The notes beneath the pieces were generated by a model. The model did no database searches and was not told where the DNA came from. It saw nothing but the letters and a program-made list of their open reading frames with translations. The translations under genes and the position numbers were made by a program. A stretch of DNA of 64,000 nucleotides from Terriglobia bacterium (GTDB lineage: Bacteria > Acidobacteriota > Terriglobia > 2-12-FULL-54-10). This document shows, one piece after another, positions 38,674 to 48,005 of this stretch. Where the stretch lies: NCBI GenBank assembly GCA_963666975.2, contig CAXVYR010000004.1, positions 960,001 through 1,024,000 of the forward strand, read 5' to 3'. Positions within the stretch are counted from its first letter, which is position 1. Each line of letters begins with the position of its first letter.

Positions 38674-39480
38674 TTAAACCGATGTCTCGATCCACTTCGC
38701 AGCCGCTTGGTCCGTCCACCAAGTAACGGCGCCTTGAATCGGCTGCACTGCCGCTGCCGGGCAACGCTTCCAGTCGTCAGATGCATCCGTCTTGCCAGCC
38801 AGCGCCTGCCGCAGCGCGCCGAACTTTTCATCACCCGCTACCAGGAAATAAAGCTGTGCAGCATGGTTGAGCACGGGCAGGGTGAGCGTCAGCCGTTGCC
38901 TCGGCTCCACCGGCGCACGGGAAGCCGCCACCCATCGCTCTTGCTCATCTAAGACCGGCGTATCCGGAAACAAGGAAGCGGTGTGCCCATCCGGCCCCAT
39001 GCCCAGCAGCACAAGGTCGAACCGCGGCCAGGCAGCAGGAAAATGCTTCCGCAAAAAGTTCTCATAGACCGTTGCCGACTTCTCTGCTTCGGGGAATTCG
39101 GTGGGCATCGGATGCAGATTTGCTTCCGGAATCGGCACATGGTCGAGCAGAGTCTCGCGGGCCATGCGATAGTTGCTGCGCGGGTCCGACGGAGGAACGT
39201 AGCGCTCATCCCCCCAGAAGAGGTGAACCTGCGCCCACGAAACCTGTTCACGATACTCCGACGCCAGCAACCGGTACAGAGCGTCCGGTGTGCTGCCGCC
39301 TGCCAGGACGAGGGAAAAAGAGGGTTGCGTTGCGAGGGTGGTTTTGATCCGGCCAACCAAGCTGCGAACTGCTGCCTGGCTGAGCGTCTTCACGTCCGGG
39401 AAAATGCGCAGGTCGCGAGGGCCGGAGTCTGCCTTGGAGTTGACATCGGATATCCAGGAGGTTTTTCTGGGGGATTTCAT
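38674..39480 (-). CDS. pgl: 6-phosphogluconolactonase
   Basis: [33 protein letters not shown]; ATGA overlap with zwf. Confidence 0.95.
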   Translation of the reverse strand: MKSPRKTSWISDVNSKADSGPRDLRIFPDVKTLSQAAVRSLVGRIKTTLATQPSFSLVLAGGSTPDALYRLLASEYREQVSWAQVHLFWGDERYVPPSDPRSNYRMARETLLDHVPIPEANLHPMPTEFPEAEKSATVYENFLRKHFPAAWPRFDLVLLGMGPDGHTASLFPDTPVLDEQERWVAASRAPVEPRQRLTLTLPVLNHAAQLYFLVAGDEKFGALRQALAGKTDASDDWKRCPAAAVQPIQGAVTWWTDQAAAKWIETSV

Positions 39481-40937
39481 AGCGGAAACCATTCATGGCC
39501 GTCTTTCTCGAGCAGACCATCTGCCGCAGGCGGCCCCCAGGTTCCGGCTTCGTAGGAGTGCGGCTGTTGGGACGCTTCCAGATATGGACGATACAGTCCC
39601 CATGCCGCTTCCACCTCATCGGAGCGCACAAACAAGGTCTGGTCTCCCATCAGGATATCCCGCAACAGGGTTTCATAGGCATCCGGGAGCTTGGCAAACA
39701 CGTCCCCGTAGTGGAAATCCAGCGAATGCCTTTGCAGCGTGATTGTCTGGCCGGGGGCCTTCACCTCAAAGTAGAGATCAAACCCCTCCTCGGGCTGGAT
39801 GGTGATGACCAGGACGTTCGAGTGGATCAAGTGGGCATCGGTCGACTGGAAGATCGATACCGGAGGACAGCGGAAAGTGACGACAATCTGAGTCAACCGG
39901 CGAGGCATGCGTTTCCCGGTGCGCAGATAGAAGGGAACCCCTTGCCAGCGCCAGTTTGAGACGCTGAGCTTCAGAGCAGCAAAAGTTGGGACCGGGGTGT
40001 CCGGCGCCACGCGGGATTCCTGCCGGTAGCCGGGCACATGCTTGCCATCGACCTGCCCCTGGGTGTACTGGCCAAACACGGCATCCTCCGGACCTAAGGG
40101 AAGGACCGAATTCAGCACTTTCACCTTCTCGTTGCGGATGGCGTCGGCCTGGAAGGTTCCGGGAACCTCCATGGCGACCAGCGTCAGCAATTGGGTGAGG
40201 TGATTCTGCACCATGTCTCGCAAGACACCGGACTGTTCGTAGTACCCGCCCCGGTCCTCAATCCCCAGGTCCTCTGCCACGGTGATCTGGACGTTCTCGA
40301 CGCGGTCACGATTCCAAAGGGTCTCAAAGATGGGATTAGCAAACCGGAAAACCAACAGGTTTTGCACCGTCTCCTTCCCCAAATAGTGGTCAATCCGATA
40401 GACCTGCGACTCGGTGAAGCGCTCATGGACCAGGAGGTTCAGTTCCTGCGCCGAGGAGAGATCGTGGCCGAACGGTTTTTCAACGATCAGCCGCGTCCAG
40501 CCGGCGCTGTGGTTCAACCCGGCCCCTCCGAATCCATGGATGATCGACGGCAAGGCGGCGGGAGGCAGGGCCAGGTAAAACACGCGGTTGCCGGGCAGGT
40601 TGTGTTTCTGCTCCAGCTCCGCGATGCGTGCCGCCAATGTCCGGTACTCTTCCGTCCCGCCCTTGCCGATGGTCTGGTAGTAGAGGCACTTGTCGCACCA
40701 ACTGGGCACCCGTTCTTTTGCAGGCAGTCCAGCCTCTCCGAGCGCTTCGCGCGCCTGGGTTCTGAAACTGGCGTCGTTCAGTTCTGCATTCCGGGCGCAG
40801 CCGAGGATCAGGCTTTTCTCGTGGAACAGCCCTTGGGTGGCGAGGCGGTAGAGTGCCGGGAGAAGCTTGCGGTGCATGAGGTCGCCCGTCCCCCCCAGCA
40901 CGACGAAAATGTGAGGTTCCGCATTCGTTTCAGACAT
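39477..40937 (-). CDS. zwf: Glucose-6-phosphate dehydrogenase
   Basis: [49 protein letters not shown]. Confidence 0.97.
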   Translation of the reverse strand: MSETNAEPHIFVVLGGTGDLMHRKLLPALYRLATQGLFHEKSLILGCARNAELNDASFRTQAREALGEAGLPAKERVPSWCDKCLYYQTIGKGGTEEYRTLAARIAELEQKHNLPGNRVFYLALPPAALPSIIHGFGGAGLNHSAGWTRLIVEKPFGHDLSSAQELNLLVHERFTESQVYRIDHYLGKETVQNLLVFRFANPIFETLWNRDRVENVQITVAEDLGIEDRGGYYEQSGVLRDMVQNHLTQLLTLVAMEVPGTFQADAIRNEKVKVLNSVLPLGPEDAVFGQYTQGQVDGKHVPGYRQESRVAPDTPVPTFAALKLSVSNWRWQGVPFYLRTGKRMPRRLTQIVVTFRCPPVSIFQSTDAHLIHSNVLVITIQPEEGFDLYFEVKAPGQTITLQRHSLDFHYGDVFAKLPDAYETLLRDILMGDQTLFVRSDEVEAAWGLYRPYLEASQQPHSYEAGTWGPPAADGLLEKDGHEWFPL

Positions 40938-40939
40938 AA

Positions 40940-41860
40940 CTACTCCTTCTCCTTTTCCTTCCGCTTGACCCCGTGGCCGCCGAACTGATCTCGCATCACG
41001 GCCAGGAGCTTGTCGGCGTAAGAGTCTTGGTCGCGGGAGCGCAAGCGCGCCAGCAACGACAATGTGATCACAGGCGCCGGAACGTTCTGGTCAATCGCCT
41101 CCGCCACCGTCCATCGCCCCTCGCCCGAATCGGACACGTAGGGTTTAATGCCATCGAGACCCGGATTTTCCGACAACGCATCAGCGGTGAGGTCCAGGAG
41201 CCAGGAACGAACCACGCTGCCGTGGCGCCATATCTCGGCTACCTGATGGAGGTCCAGACTGAATTGCGCCTTGCTCTGCATCAGGGCAAATCCCTCTGCG
41301 TAGGCCTGCATCATGCCGTACTCAATGCCGTTGTGTATCATCTTGGTGAAGTGACCCGCGCCGCTTGGCCCTACGTATCCCCAGCCTTTGTCGGGAGCGG
41401 GGGCCAGCGTTTCAAAGACCGGGCGGAGCCGCTCGACGAACTCTTTCTCTCCTCCGATCATCAAGCTGTAGCCTTCGGCCAGACCCCAGACGCCGCCGCT
41501 CGTGCCCACATCGACGAAACCGAACCCCTGCTCTTTTAGCTCCATGGCGCGGCGCATGGTCTCCTTGTAGTTGGAGTTTCCGCCGTCCACTATCACATCA
41601 CCCGCGCTCAGGTGGGGCACAAGCGCCTGGATCGTCTGATCCACAGGGTCGCCCGCCGGGACCATCATCCACACGGCGCGCGGGGAAGTAAGCTGTTGGG
41701 CGAGCTTTTCCGGGGAATCGGCCCCAACCGCGCCTTTCTCTTGTATACGGCGAACCGCAGCCGCATCCCGGTCATGGCCCGTCATCCGGTGTCCGCCACG
41801 CAAAAGCCGCTCCACCATGTTGGCGCCCATGCGCCCCAGTCCGATCATGCCTAGTTCCAT
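40940..41860 (-). CDS. gnd: Decarboxylating 6-phosphogluconate dehydrogenase (short form)
   Basis: [55 protein letters not shown]. Confidence 0.95.
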   Translation of the reverse strand: MELGMIGLGRMGANMVERLLRGGHRMTGHDRDAAAVRRIQEKGAVGADSPEKLAQQLTSPRAVWMMVPAGDPVDQTIQALVPHLSAGDVIVDGGNSNYKETMRRAMELKEQGFGFVDVGTSGGVWGLAEGYSLMIGGEKEFVERLRPVFETLAPAPDKGWGYVGPSGAGHFTKMIHNGIEYGMMQAYAEGFALMQSKAQFSLDLHQVAEIWRHGSVVRSWLLDLTADALSENPGLDGIKPYVSDSGEGRWTVAEAIDQNVPAPVITLSLLARLRSRDQDSYADKLLAVMRDQFGGHGVKRKEKEKE

Positions 41861-41886
41861 GCTGCTCTTCCTTTCTTGTGCTCTCT

Positions 41887-41967
41887 GCACATATCGGCAC
41901 GGCAACCCATGTTTCAATAATCAATCGACTAGGATTTTCACATAGTTCGCGTTTTTCCGACAGACAT
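41887..41967. repeat. 81-bp direct repeat, copy 1 (gnd leader)
   Basis: 73/81 identical to 44778-44858 by manual alignment. Confidence 0.93.
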
Positions 41968-42097
41968 ATAACCCGAGATTTACTCGATAGGGCGCGCTTG
42001 AAAGTCACCGCACACGTGAGAAGGATTGTTCAGTCCCCCCAAAGGGAAATGGTTTGCCTTGAAAGTTGATGAACTGTAATTGGTCGCGTAAAAGGAT

Positions 42098-44500
42098 TTA
42101 AAACCGGAATCTCAGGCCCATGGTGGCGACTTGCGTCTCTAGGAAGTTCTGGTAAAGCGCCGTGAAGCCCTGCCCGTCGATTTCATGCTCAACCGCGAAG
42201 TCGTTGAGGATATCGGTGAACGTGAACAGAAATACAGCGCGATCGTTCATGATCGGCCAACTGGCGGCGAGGTCGAGCGAAGAGCGTGCGCGCTCCCTGC
42301 CCTGGGGAACGTTGCGTTCCGCGTAGTAGATGTAGCTCAACTGAAGCTCCATCCCACGGGGTAACCGGATCTGGTTGTTGATCTTGAAATCCCAGGTGCC
42401 GTCCTTCGAGGCGGCCAGCGCGAACGGTCGCCGCGTGGGGAAGAACAAGGTCGTCTCAAGCGCGTCGATATTATTCTTGAACCAGTTGGCGCTGCCGGAC
42501 AAACGCCATGAGTTCCTGATCTGCTGTTCCAGGAGAACCTCGATCCCGGTCTGGGCGGAGTTGCCGGCATTCTCGAAGATCCGGTTGACGATGTCGTAGT
42601 TCGGGTTTGAGTCGTCAATGGCGAAAACGCGCAGGAACGAGTCCTTGATGTCCCGGTGGTAGAGAGCCGTGCTGATCGATCCGCGCTCCCACGAGCGAGC
42701 GAAGCCGAGCTCGACCGCGTTGGTCAACTGCGGCCGGAGAAACGGGTTGCCGACCTTGAGAATCTCCGGATCGTCGTACTTGGGAAAGATGCGCAGTTCG
42801 GGCTCGCCCGGCCGATCGATTCGCCGGTTGTAGGCGGCGATCAATCGATTCTTGTCGCTCAGCCGATAGGTGAGCTTGACGTTGGGAAAGACCTCGAAGT
42901 AGTCGTACTTGTCGCTGCCCTCGTAGTAGATGTTATCGTCTGGAACTGTGTAGGAGACGCCCGTCTGCTCGATGCGCACGCCGGCCTCCAGCGTGTAGGA
43001 GTTCTTCACTTGTACCAGGTTGCCGTACAGGGCAGCGATGTCCTCGTTCCAGTCGGAAAAATCACCAAGACCTTCGTAAATTACGCTTTGCACACCACGG
43101 TCCACCGCATAGGTGACGGGCAGCCAGCGCCGCTGAAGCTTCGTGCCGAGCTCGATCCGACCGCTGCTTAACGGGCGTTTGTAGTCGATGCTCAGCGGCA
43201 AAGTGTTTTCCTTGGCCACCAAGTGGGTCATGTCCGTGCCTTCGCGGACCCTCGAGACCTCGTTGAGAAAGTAGGCTTCGTCTTCCCAGCCGCGTGTGTA
43301 CTGGAGATTGACGATCAGCTCGTGCCCAGGTGTTCTGAATTCACGCTTCAGGTCGAGGCTGATGTTGGCAAAGCCCGTATCCTCCTGCTCCCGCCAGAAC
43401 CAGAAACGCTCTCGTTCGCCGGTGGACGCCAGGATGAAGGGGACCTGCGCACGGTCGGTATGCGTTTCAAAGTCGTAGATCCCTGAGATCGAGAGGGTGT
43501 TGGCGGCGCCGACTCTAAAGTCGGAGCCGAGTCTGACGATGTAGTGGGTCTGCTCGCGGTTCTCGGGAACCTGCGACTCGATGACGCGACCATCGTCATA
43601 GAAGCGAGTCGTGAACTCGTTGTTCGGCAAATCGTCCTGAACGAGGACCTCCGCTTGGACGAAGCTGCGCACCTTCTCCGTGTTGTAGTTCAGGCTCACG
43701 CTGGGGATGATCTTCTCGTTGTTGGAAAAGCTGCCGAGCTCGGTCGGTAGATCGGCGCGCTGTTTGGAGAACTGGCCTAAGCCGAAGGACAGGCCGACGT
43801 CTCCCGAGAAGCCCAGTTCTTGCTCCTTTTTGTAGATGATGTTGATGATCCCGGCCATTCCGGCGGCGTCAAAGCTTGCGGAGGGATTGTGGATGATCTC
43901 GATCGCCTCCACATTGGCGGCGGACACGCTGTCGAGTCCTCGCTGACTTCCGAAACCTGTCAGGCTCGACTGCCTGCCGTCGATGAGAATGGCGACACGA
44001 TCGCTGCCGCGAAGCGAGACTTTGCCTTCTTGATCGACCGTCACGCCCGGAAGGCTCTTCATCGCATCGAGCAGCGATCCGGTCGACTGGGCAGGTCCTT
44101 CGTCGAGCCGCACAACTTGGGTGTCGATCCCGGCCACCCGGATTGCGTTTGCGGTAACCGTAATCTCCTGCTCGAGGATCTCCTGACGAACGAGGCGGAT
44201 GTCACCGAGGTCGTAAGACTGGTTGAGTTCGGAGACGAGCACGTCGAACTCCGCAGGGAAAAACCCGCGAAACGACATGTGGATCGTGTGCTCGCCCGGC
44301 GCCAAACCCTGCACGAGGAAGCGACCGTCTTCGCCGGCAAGCACGCCGGACAGCGTCTCTCCGGACTCGGCGTTCTCGACCACCACCGTCGCGAAGCCGA
44401 TCGGGGAATCGTTGGTGATATCCAGCACGTGGCCGGAGAGGATCGCCGTGCCCTCTTGAGCCAAAGAGACCACCGGCAGGAGCAGGAGGATGAGAATCAT
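42098..44500 (-). CDS. TonB-dependent receptor (carboxypeptidase-regulatory, plug, beta-barrel)
   Basis: Signal-like MILILLLLPVVSLAQE; LSGHVLD..PIGFATV; LPGVTVD..SLRG..ILIDG; IEIIHNPSASFDAAGMAGIINII; GNPFLRPQ; terminal RFRF. The frame stays open upstream to 44854. Confidence 0.9.
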   Translation of the reverse strand: MILILLLLPVVSLAQEGTAILSGHVLDITNDSPIGFATVVVENAESGETLSGVLAGEDGRFLVQGLAPGEHTIHMSFRGFFPAEFDVLVSELNQSYDLGDIRLVRQEILEQEITVTANAIRVAGIDTQVVRLDEGPAQSTGSLLDAMKSLPGVTVDQEGKVSLRGSDRVAILIDGRQSSLTGFGSQRGLDSVSAANVEAIEIIHNPSASFDAAGMAGIINIIYKKEQELGFSGDVGLSFGLGQFSKQRADLPTELGSFSNNEKIIPSVSLNYNTEKVRSFVQAEVLVQDDLPNNEFTTRFYDDGRVIESQVPENREQTHYIVRLGSDFRVGAANTLSISGIYDFETHTDRAQVPFILASTGERERFWFWREQEDTGFANISLDLKREFRTPGHELIVNLQYTRGWEDEAYFLNEVSRVREGTDMTHLVAKENTLPLSIDYKRPLSSGRIELGTKLQRRWLPVTYAVDRGVQSVIYEGLGDFSDWNEDIAALYGNLVQVKNSYTLEAGVRIEQTGVSYTVPDDNIYYEGSDKYDYFEVFPNVKLTYRLSDKNRLIAAYNRRIDRPGEPELRIFPKYDDPEILKVGNPFLRPQLTNAVELGFARSWERGSISTALYHRDIKDSFLRVFAIDDSNPNYDIVNRIFENAGNSAQTGIEVLLEQQIRNSWRLSGSANWFKNNIDALETTLFFPTRRPFALAASKDGTWDFKINNQIRLPRGMELQLSYIYYAERNVPQGRERARSSLDLAASWPIMNDRAVFLFTFTDILNDFAVEHEIDGQGFTALYQNFLETQVATMGLRFRF

Positions 44501-44725
44501 GCTCAGCGACTTAGTGCGTTTTCTGATCCACCGACATGTTTCAACACCTTGCATACCTGGCATCATCCAGTCCAGAACTGCCAAGCGGGGAGCCTCCTCC
44601 TCTTGGAGGGTTTGCCAAGCCTCCTTACTGTTGCATGCACTAATCACCGCGTAACCCCACTTCTTAAGAAACATTTCCAATCGAAAATTCCAGTATGGCC
44701 TTCCGGCTGCTGTAATGATATTCAC
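44501..44725 (-). pseudogene. Truncated response-regulator receiver remnant in frame with the TonB receptor
   Basis: GTG at 44725 gives MNIITAAG..LKKWGYAV..EAWQTLQ..APRLAVLDWMMPGMQGVETCRWIRK. It lacks the acidic pocket and the C-terminal half of REC. Confidence 0.7.
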
Positions 44726-44777
44726 ATGGGCCTGAGTTGGAGCACATTTCTTGCCGCTTGAACTCCCTGTACTTTCA

Positions 44778-44858
44778 GCACATATCGGCACGGCAACGCA
44801 TGCGTCAATAATCAATTGACTGGGATTTTTACATAGTTCGCGTGTTTCCGACAAACAT
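44778..44858. repeat. 81-bp direct repeat, copy 2
   Basis: Matches 41887-41967; lies upstream of the REC remnant/TonB receptor. Confidence 0.93.
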
Positions 44859-44971
44859 TAAGATGCCCGACCAGATCGTTTGACTGCAAAACTTCAGTCA
44901 ATACAGCCGTAAACCAGTTGGTCGGAAGGAGTAAAATAGAAATAGAGAGGTTGGAACAGGGGAAAGAAGCG

Positions 44972-46114
44972 ATGGCAACCTTGCGGGACATTGTCGATGA
45001 AAGGGTTCGCGAGGGAGAGCTTTACGAAAAGCTGGACCGCAACCGCGTGCGCTGTTTTGCCTGCGGGCATTGCTGCCCGATCCCGGAAGGCCAGCCCGGG
45101 GTCTGCAAGGTGCGAATCAACCGGGGCGGGACTCTCTATGTCCCCTGGGGCTATGTCGGCGGCGTGCAATCGGACCCTATCGAAAAGAAGCCCTTCTTCC
45201 ATGCCTATCCCGGAGCGCTGGCCTACAGCTTTGGAATGCTCGGCTGCGACCTGCACTGCGCTTATTGCCAGAATTGGGTCACCTCGCAGGCGCTGCGCGA
45301 TCCCGCCGCCGTGGCTTCCCTGATCCAAGCCACGCCGGAAACAATGGTCCGGGAGGCGCTCCGGGAGGGAGCCAAAGTGGTTGTCAGCACATACAATGAG
45401 CCGCTGATTACCAGTGAATGGGCCAAGGCCGTCTTCCAGGAGGCGCGGGCGGCGGGGTTGGCGACCGCGTTTGTCTCCAACGGAAACGGCACCCCGCAGG
45501 TGCTGGAATATTTGGGGCCGTGGGTGGACCTCTACAAAGTGGATCTGAAGAGCTTTGACGACGCCCACTACCGCAAGCTCGGCGGACGGTTGCAGCCCAT
45601 TCTAGAGACAATCCGCAGCCTGCACCAGATGGGCATATGGGTTGAGATCGTCACCCTGGTGGTTCCGGGCTTTAACGACTCGGACGACGAACTGAAGCGG
45701 ATGGCGGAGTTTCTGGCGAGCGTTTCTCCCGACGTTCCCTGGCACGTAACGGCGTTTCACAAGGATTACAAGATGACCGATCCGGAGAACACCAGCCCGG
45801 AAACGTTGCTGCGGGCCGCTCGAATCGGACGGAAAGCGGGCCTGCGTTATGTTTACGCGGGAAATCTGCCCGCGCAAGCGGGCGATTGGGAAAACACCCG
45901 CTGCCCGGATTGCCAGGCGCTGTTGATTGAGCGGCGCGGGTATCGCATTCAGAGCTACCATATATCCTCCTCAGGCTCTTGCTCCTCCTGCGGCAAAAAG
46001 ATTCCAGGGAGGTGGGACGCCTCCTTCGCGGGACAGATCACTTTTTCACCACTCCATCCGCGAAGGTCCCGATCTGCCGGCTTGCCCCATATCCAGGGAC
46101 CAACCAGCCCGTAA
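44972..46114 (+). CDS. amrS: AmmeMemoRadiSam system radical SAM enzyme
   Basis: CFACGHCC..CKVR, DPIEKKPFFH, GCDLHCAYCQNW (CxxxCxxC), TYNEP, YVYAGN, TRCPDC. Confidence 0.92.
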   Translation: MATLRDIVDERVREGELYEKLDRNRVRCFACGHCCPIPEGQPGVCKVRINRGGTLYVPWGYVGGVQSDPIEKKPFFHAYPGALAYSFGMLGCDLHCAYCQNWVTSQALRDPAAVASLIQATPETMVREALREGAKVVVSTYNEPLITSEWAKAVFQEARAAGLATAFVSNGNGTPQVLEYLGPWVDLYKVDLKSFDDAHYRKLGGRLQPILETIRSLHQMGIWVEIVTLVVPGFNDSDDELKRMAEFLASVSPDVPWHVTAFHKDYKMTDPENTSPETLLRAARIGRKAGLRYVYAGNLPAQAGDWENTRCPDCQALLIERRGYRIQSYHISSSGSCSSCGKKIPGRWDASFAGQITFSPLHPRRSRSAGLPHIQGPTSP

Positions 46115-46210
46115 CTTCGCAAGCCGGCCTGAAACAACAAAAGCCTTCCAGCGTCACCTGGAACGGTCCTCGTGATCGTGCAGACCAAGATTCACCGGAA
46201 GCCGCGCCAA

Positions 46211-46293
46211 TCCGAGCCGCGCGCGCCTGTCCCGCCTGCCCTGCCTGCCCTGAGCGAAGCCGAAGGGAGCGAAGCCAAGGGATCAGCAAGCGG
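46211..46293. repeat. Compound nested REP
   Basis: CCGAGCCGCGCGCG..TCAGCAAGCGG interrupted by CCTGTCCCG-CCTGCCCTG-CCTGCCCTG-AGCGAAGCCGAAGGG-AGCGAAGCCAAGGG. A similar copy is at 51433-51498. Confidence 0.8.
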
Positions 46294-46319
46294 ACCCATA
46301 CACCAGTTTTTCAACAACC

Positions 46320-46892
46320 TCTTAAAGACGGCTCAGGCGCTTGCCGATAGACCAAGTGAGGTTATTGAGATGGCGATTAGTATTTCATTCTCGGCGACAA
46401 GCCTGGAGTTTTCATTCCTGATTCGCCCGAATACGGAAGCAATCCTGCTCACCGAAGGGCCTGTGAAAGCCGAGCTTCTCACAGAGGAAGTGGAAGAAAG
46501 CGGAGAGTCGTCCGGGGAAGCACCCACGAAAGCAGAAGACCTGGGCGAAGAGCCATTAAGCTTCGCTGAACACGTAGCTTCTGCCGGTTTCCGCTCGCCG
46601 AGCACCCGCAACGCGCTCTACAAGTTGCACGATCGCCTCACGGACGGTCTGGATGGAGAGGCAGTCGCCGAAGTGGAAGCCTTGCTTGCCGAGGCGGTGG
46701 AGTTGGCCGGTGAGCTTGCCGCAGCCGATCAGCGACCGTTCGGCAGGAGCGTCGAACCAGCTCAAGCAGATATTCAACGTGGCCTCCAGACGCCATCCCG
46801 TACTCCCGGAACTCGCTCCTACCACGGAGCCCTCCTCTGAGCCCGCGCCCGATGACGGCGATCCGGCTCCCGCCCTGGACGTCGCCGTCTAA
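46320..46892 (+). pseudogene. Fragment of an unknown acidic protein gene, probably frameshifted
   Basis: Protein-like frame (LKTAQALADRPSEVIE..ELAAAD) begins right after an IS-like end (TTTTTCAACAACCTC). It appears to continue in a second frame (..NQLKQIFNVASRRHP..LDVAV*). Confidence 0.4.
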
Positions 46893-47036
46893 GACCGCTT
46901 GCCGTCTTTCTTACTTACTCTCTGGCTGATTCTGTGAACAGAATGGGGAATTGACTTCCGTGTGGCTGGGCTGTGCCGGCAGGGGCCGCGAATTCCTTTC
47001 ATGCGCGGCCAGCCTGCAGGCTGTTTCTTGATTAGA

Positions 47037-47963
47037 CTACTGCTGAATCTTCAGCGGAATATTGAGCAGCATCGGTTCGCCCGGCTTGGTCTCCAAGCGA
47101 TACATGGTTTGCGGAAGGGGCTCATCGTGCGTCAGCAGGCGTGTCCGGTCCGTGGCGGCTGCTTTCTCTGCTTTCGTGTAGGACTTGCCCGTTTGCCCCC
47201 GCGCCTCCAGGCGCTGGACTTTGGAGCCCCACCGTTTCTCCCAAGCCGAGACCTCGTCCTGTGTCAGCCGGAGCGGGTCGCGCCGAATCCTCAGGCCCGG
47301 CAGGGGATCGGGCGTCACCAGAATGGTCAGCACTTCCGCTGTCTGATCGGGCCGGCTCGTCCGCATGGAGAAGTAGCGCGGGCGGTCGTCCCAGGCGGGG
47401 ATTTCAATCAGACGTCCGGCCACCACTTCATTATTGCCGCCGTGCGTCCGCAGAGTGGGGAAGATCAGCAAGGGTGTGCCGAAGGTGCCGTCTGCGTACT
47501 GCTCCCGGTCGATCACATACAGGTAGCCGGAGCGGGCCGTCTCGATGCTGACCCGGACCTTCTGTCCTTCCAGCAGCGGGGTCTCAGCCTCGACGCGCTC
47601 CGGTGTCAATTCCCCTCCCCCGTCCAGGTCGGAGATGCGAATGTCTTTGTCGTCTTCCGGGAGGGAGGCGCGCAGGAGCCAGATGGTGATGCCCACCAAC
47701 GAATCGCCGGGGTCTTCTGCGCCCAGCTGTGGCGGCGAGGCCGCAGGGGGCATCGGCGCCGTCGTGGCAGTCGAAGGGGAAGCGGAGGCCGGTTTGGGCT
47801 CAGCGGGCCGCTTGGCGCGAAACGCCGTGTTCCACAGTTGCCGCGTGCGGTCTCCCGAGGACGTTTGCTGGGCTGCGGCGGGGGAATGTCCCCATACCAA
47901 TAGCAATACGAACGCCGCCAGTCCCAAGGTTCCGAAATCAACAAAGCTTGGTTTGTTTGTCAT
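47037..47963 (-). CDS. Secreted DUF4384-like domain protein
   Basis: Signal peptide (..VLLLVWGHSPAAAQQ), Pro/Ala linker, EGQKVRVSIE..SGYLYVID..LIFP..IEIP..EVLTILVT; RBS GAGG. Confidence 0.75.
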   Translation of the reverse strand: MTNKPSFVDFGTLGLAAFVLLLVWGHSPAAAQQTSSGDRTRQLWNTAFRAKRPAEPKPASASPSTATTAPMPPAASPPQLGAEDPGDSLVGITIWLLRASLPEDDKDIRISDLDGGGELTPERVEAETPLLEGQKVRVSIETARSGYLYVIDREQYADGTFGTPLLIFPTLRTHGGNNEVVAGRLIEIPAWDDRPRYFSMRTSRPDQTAEVLTILVTPDPLPGLRIRRDPLRLTQDEVSAWEKRWGSKVQRLEARGQTGKSYTKAEKAAATDRTRLLTHDEPLPQTMYRLETKPGEPMLLNIPLKIQQ

Positions 47964-48005
47964 AACTATGCCTCTTTTTGGTTTTCCAATCATTGGGGGA
48001 TCCAA

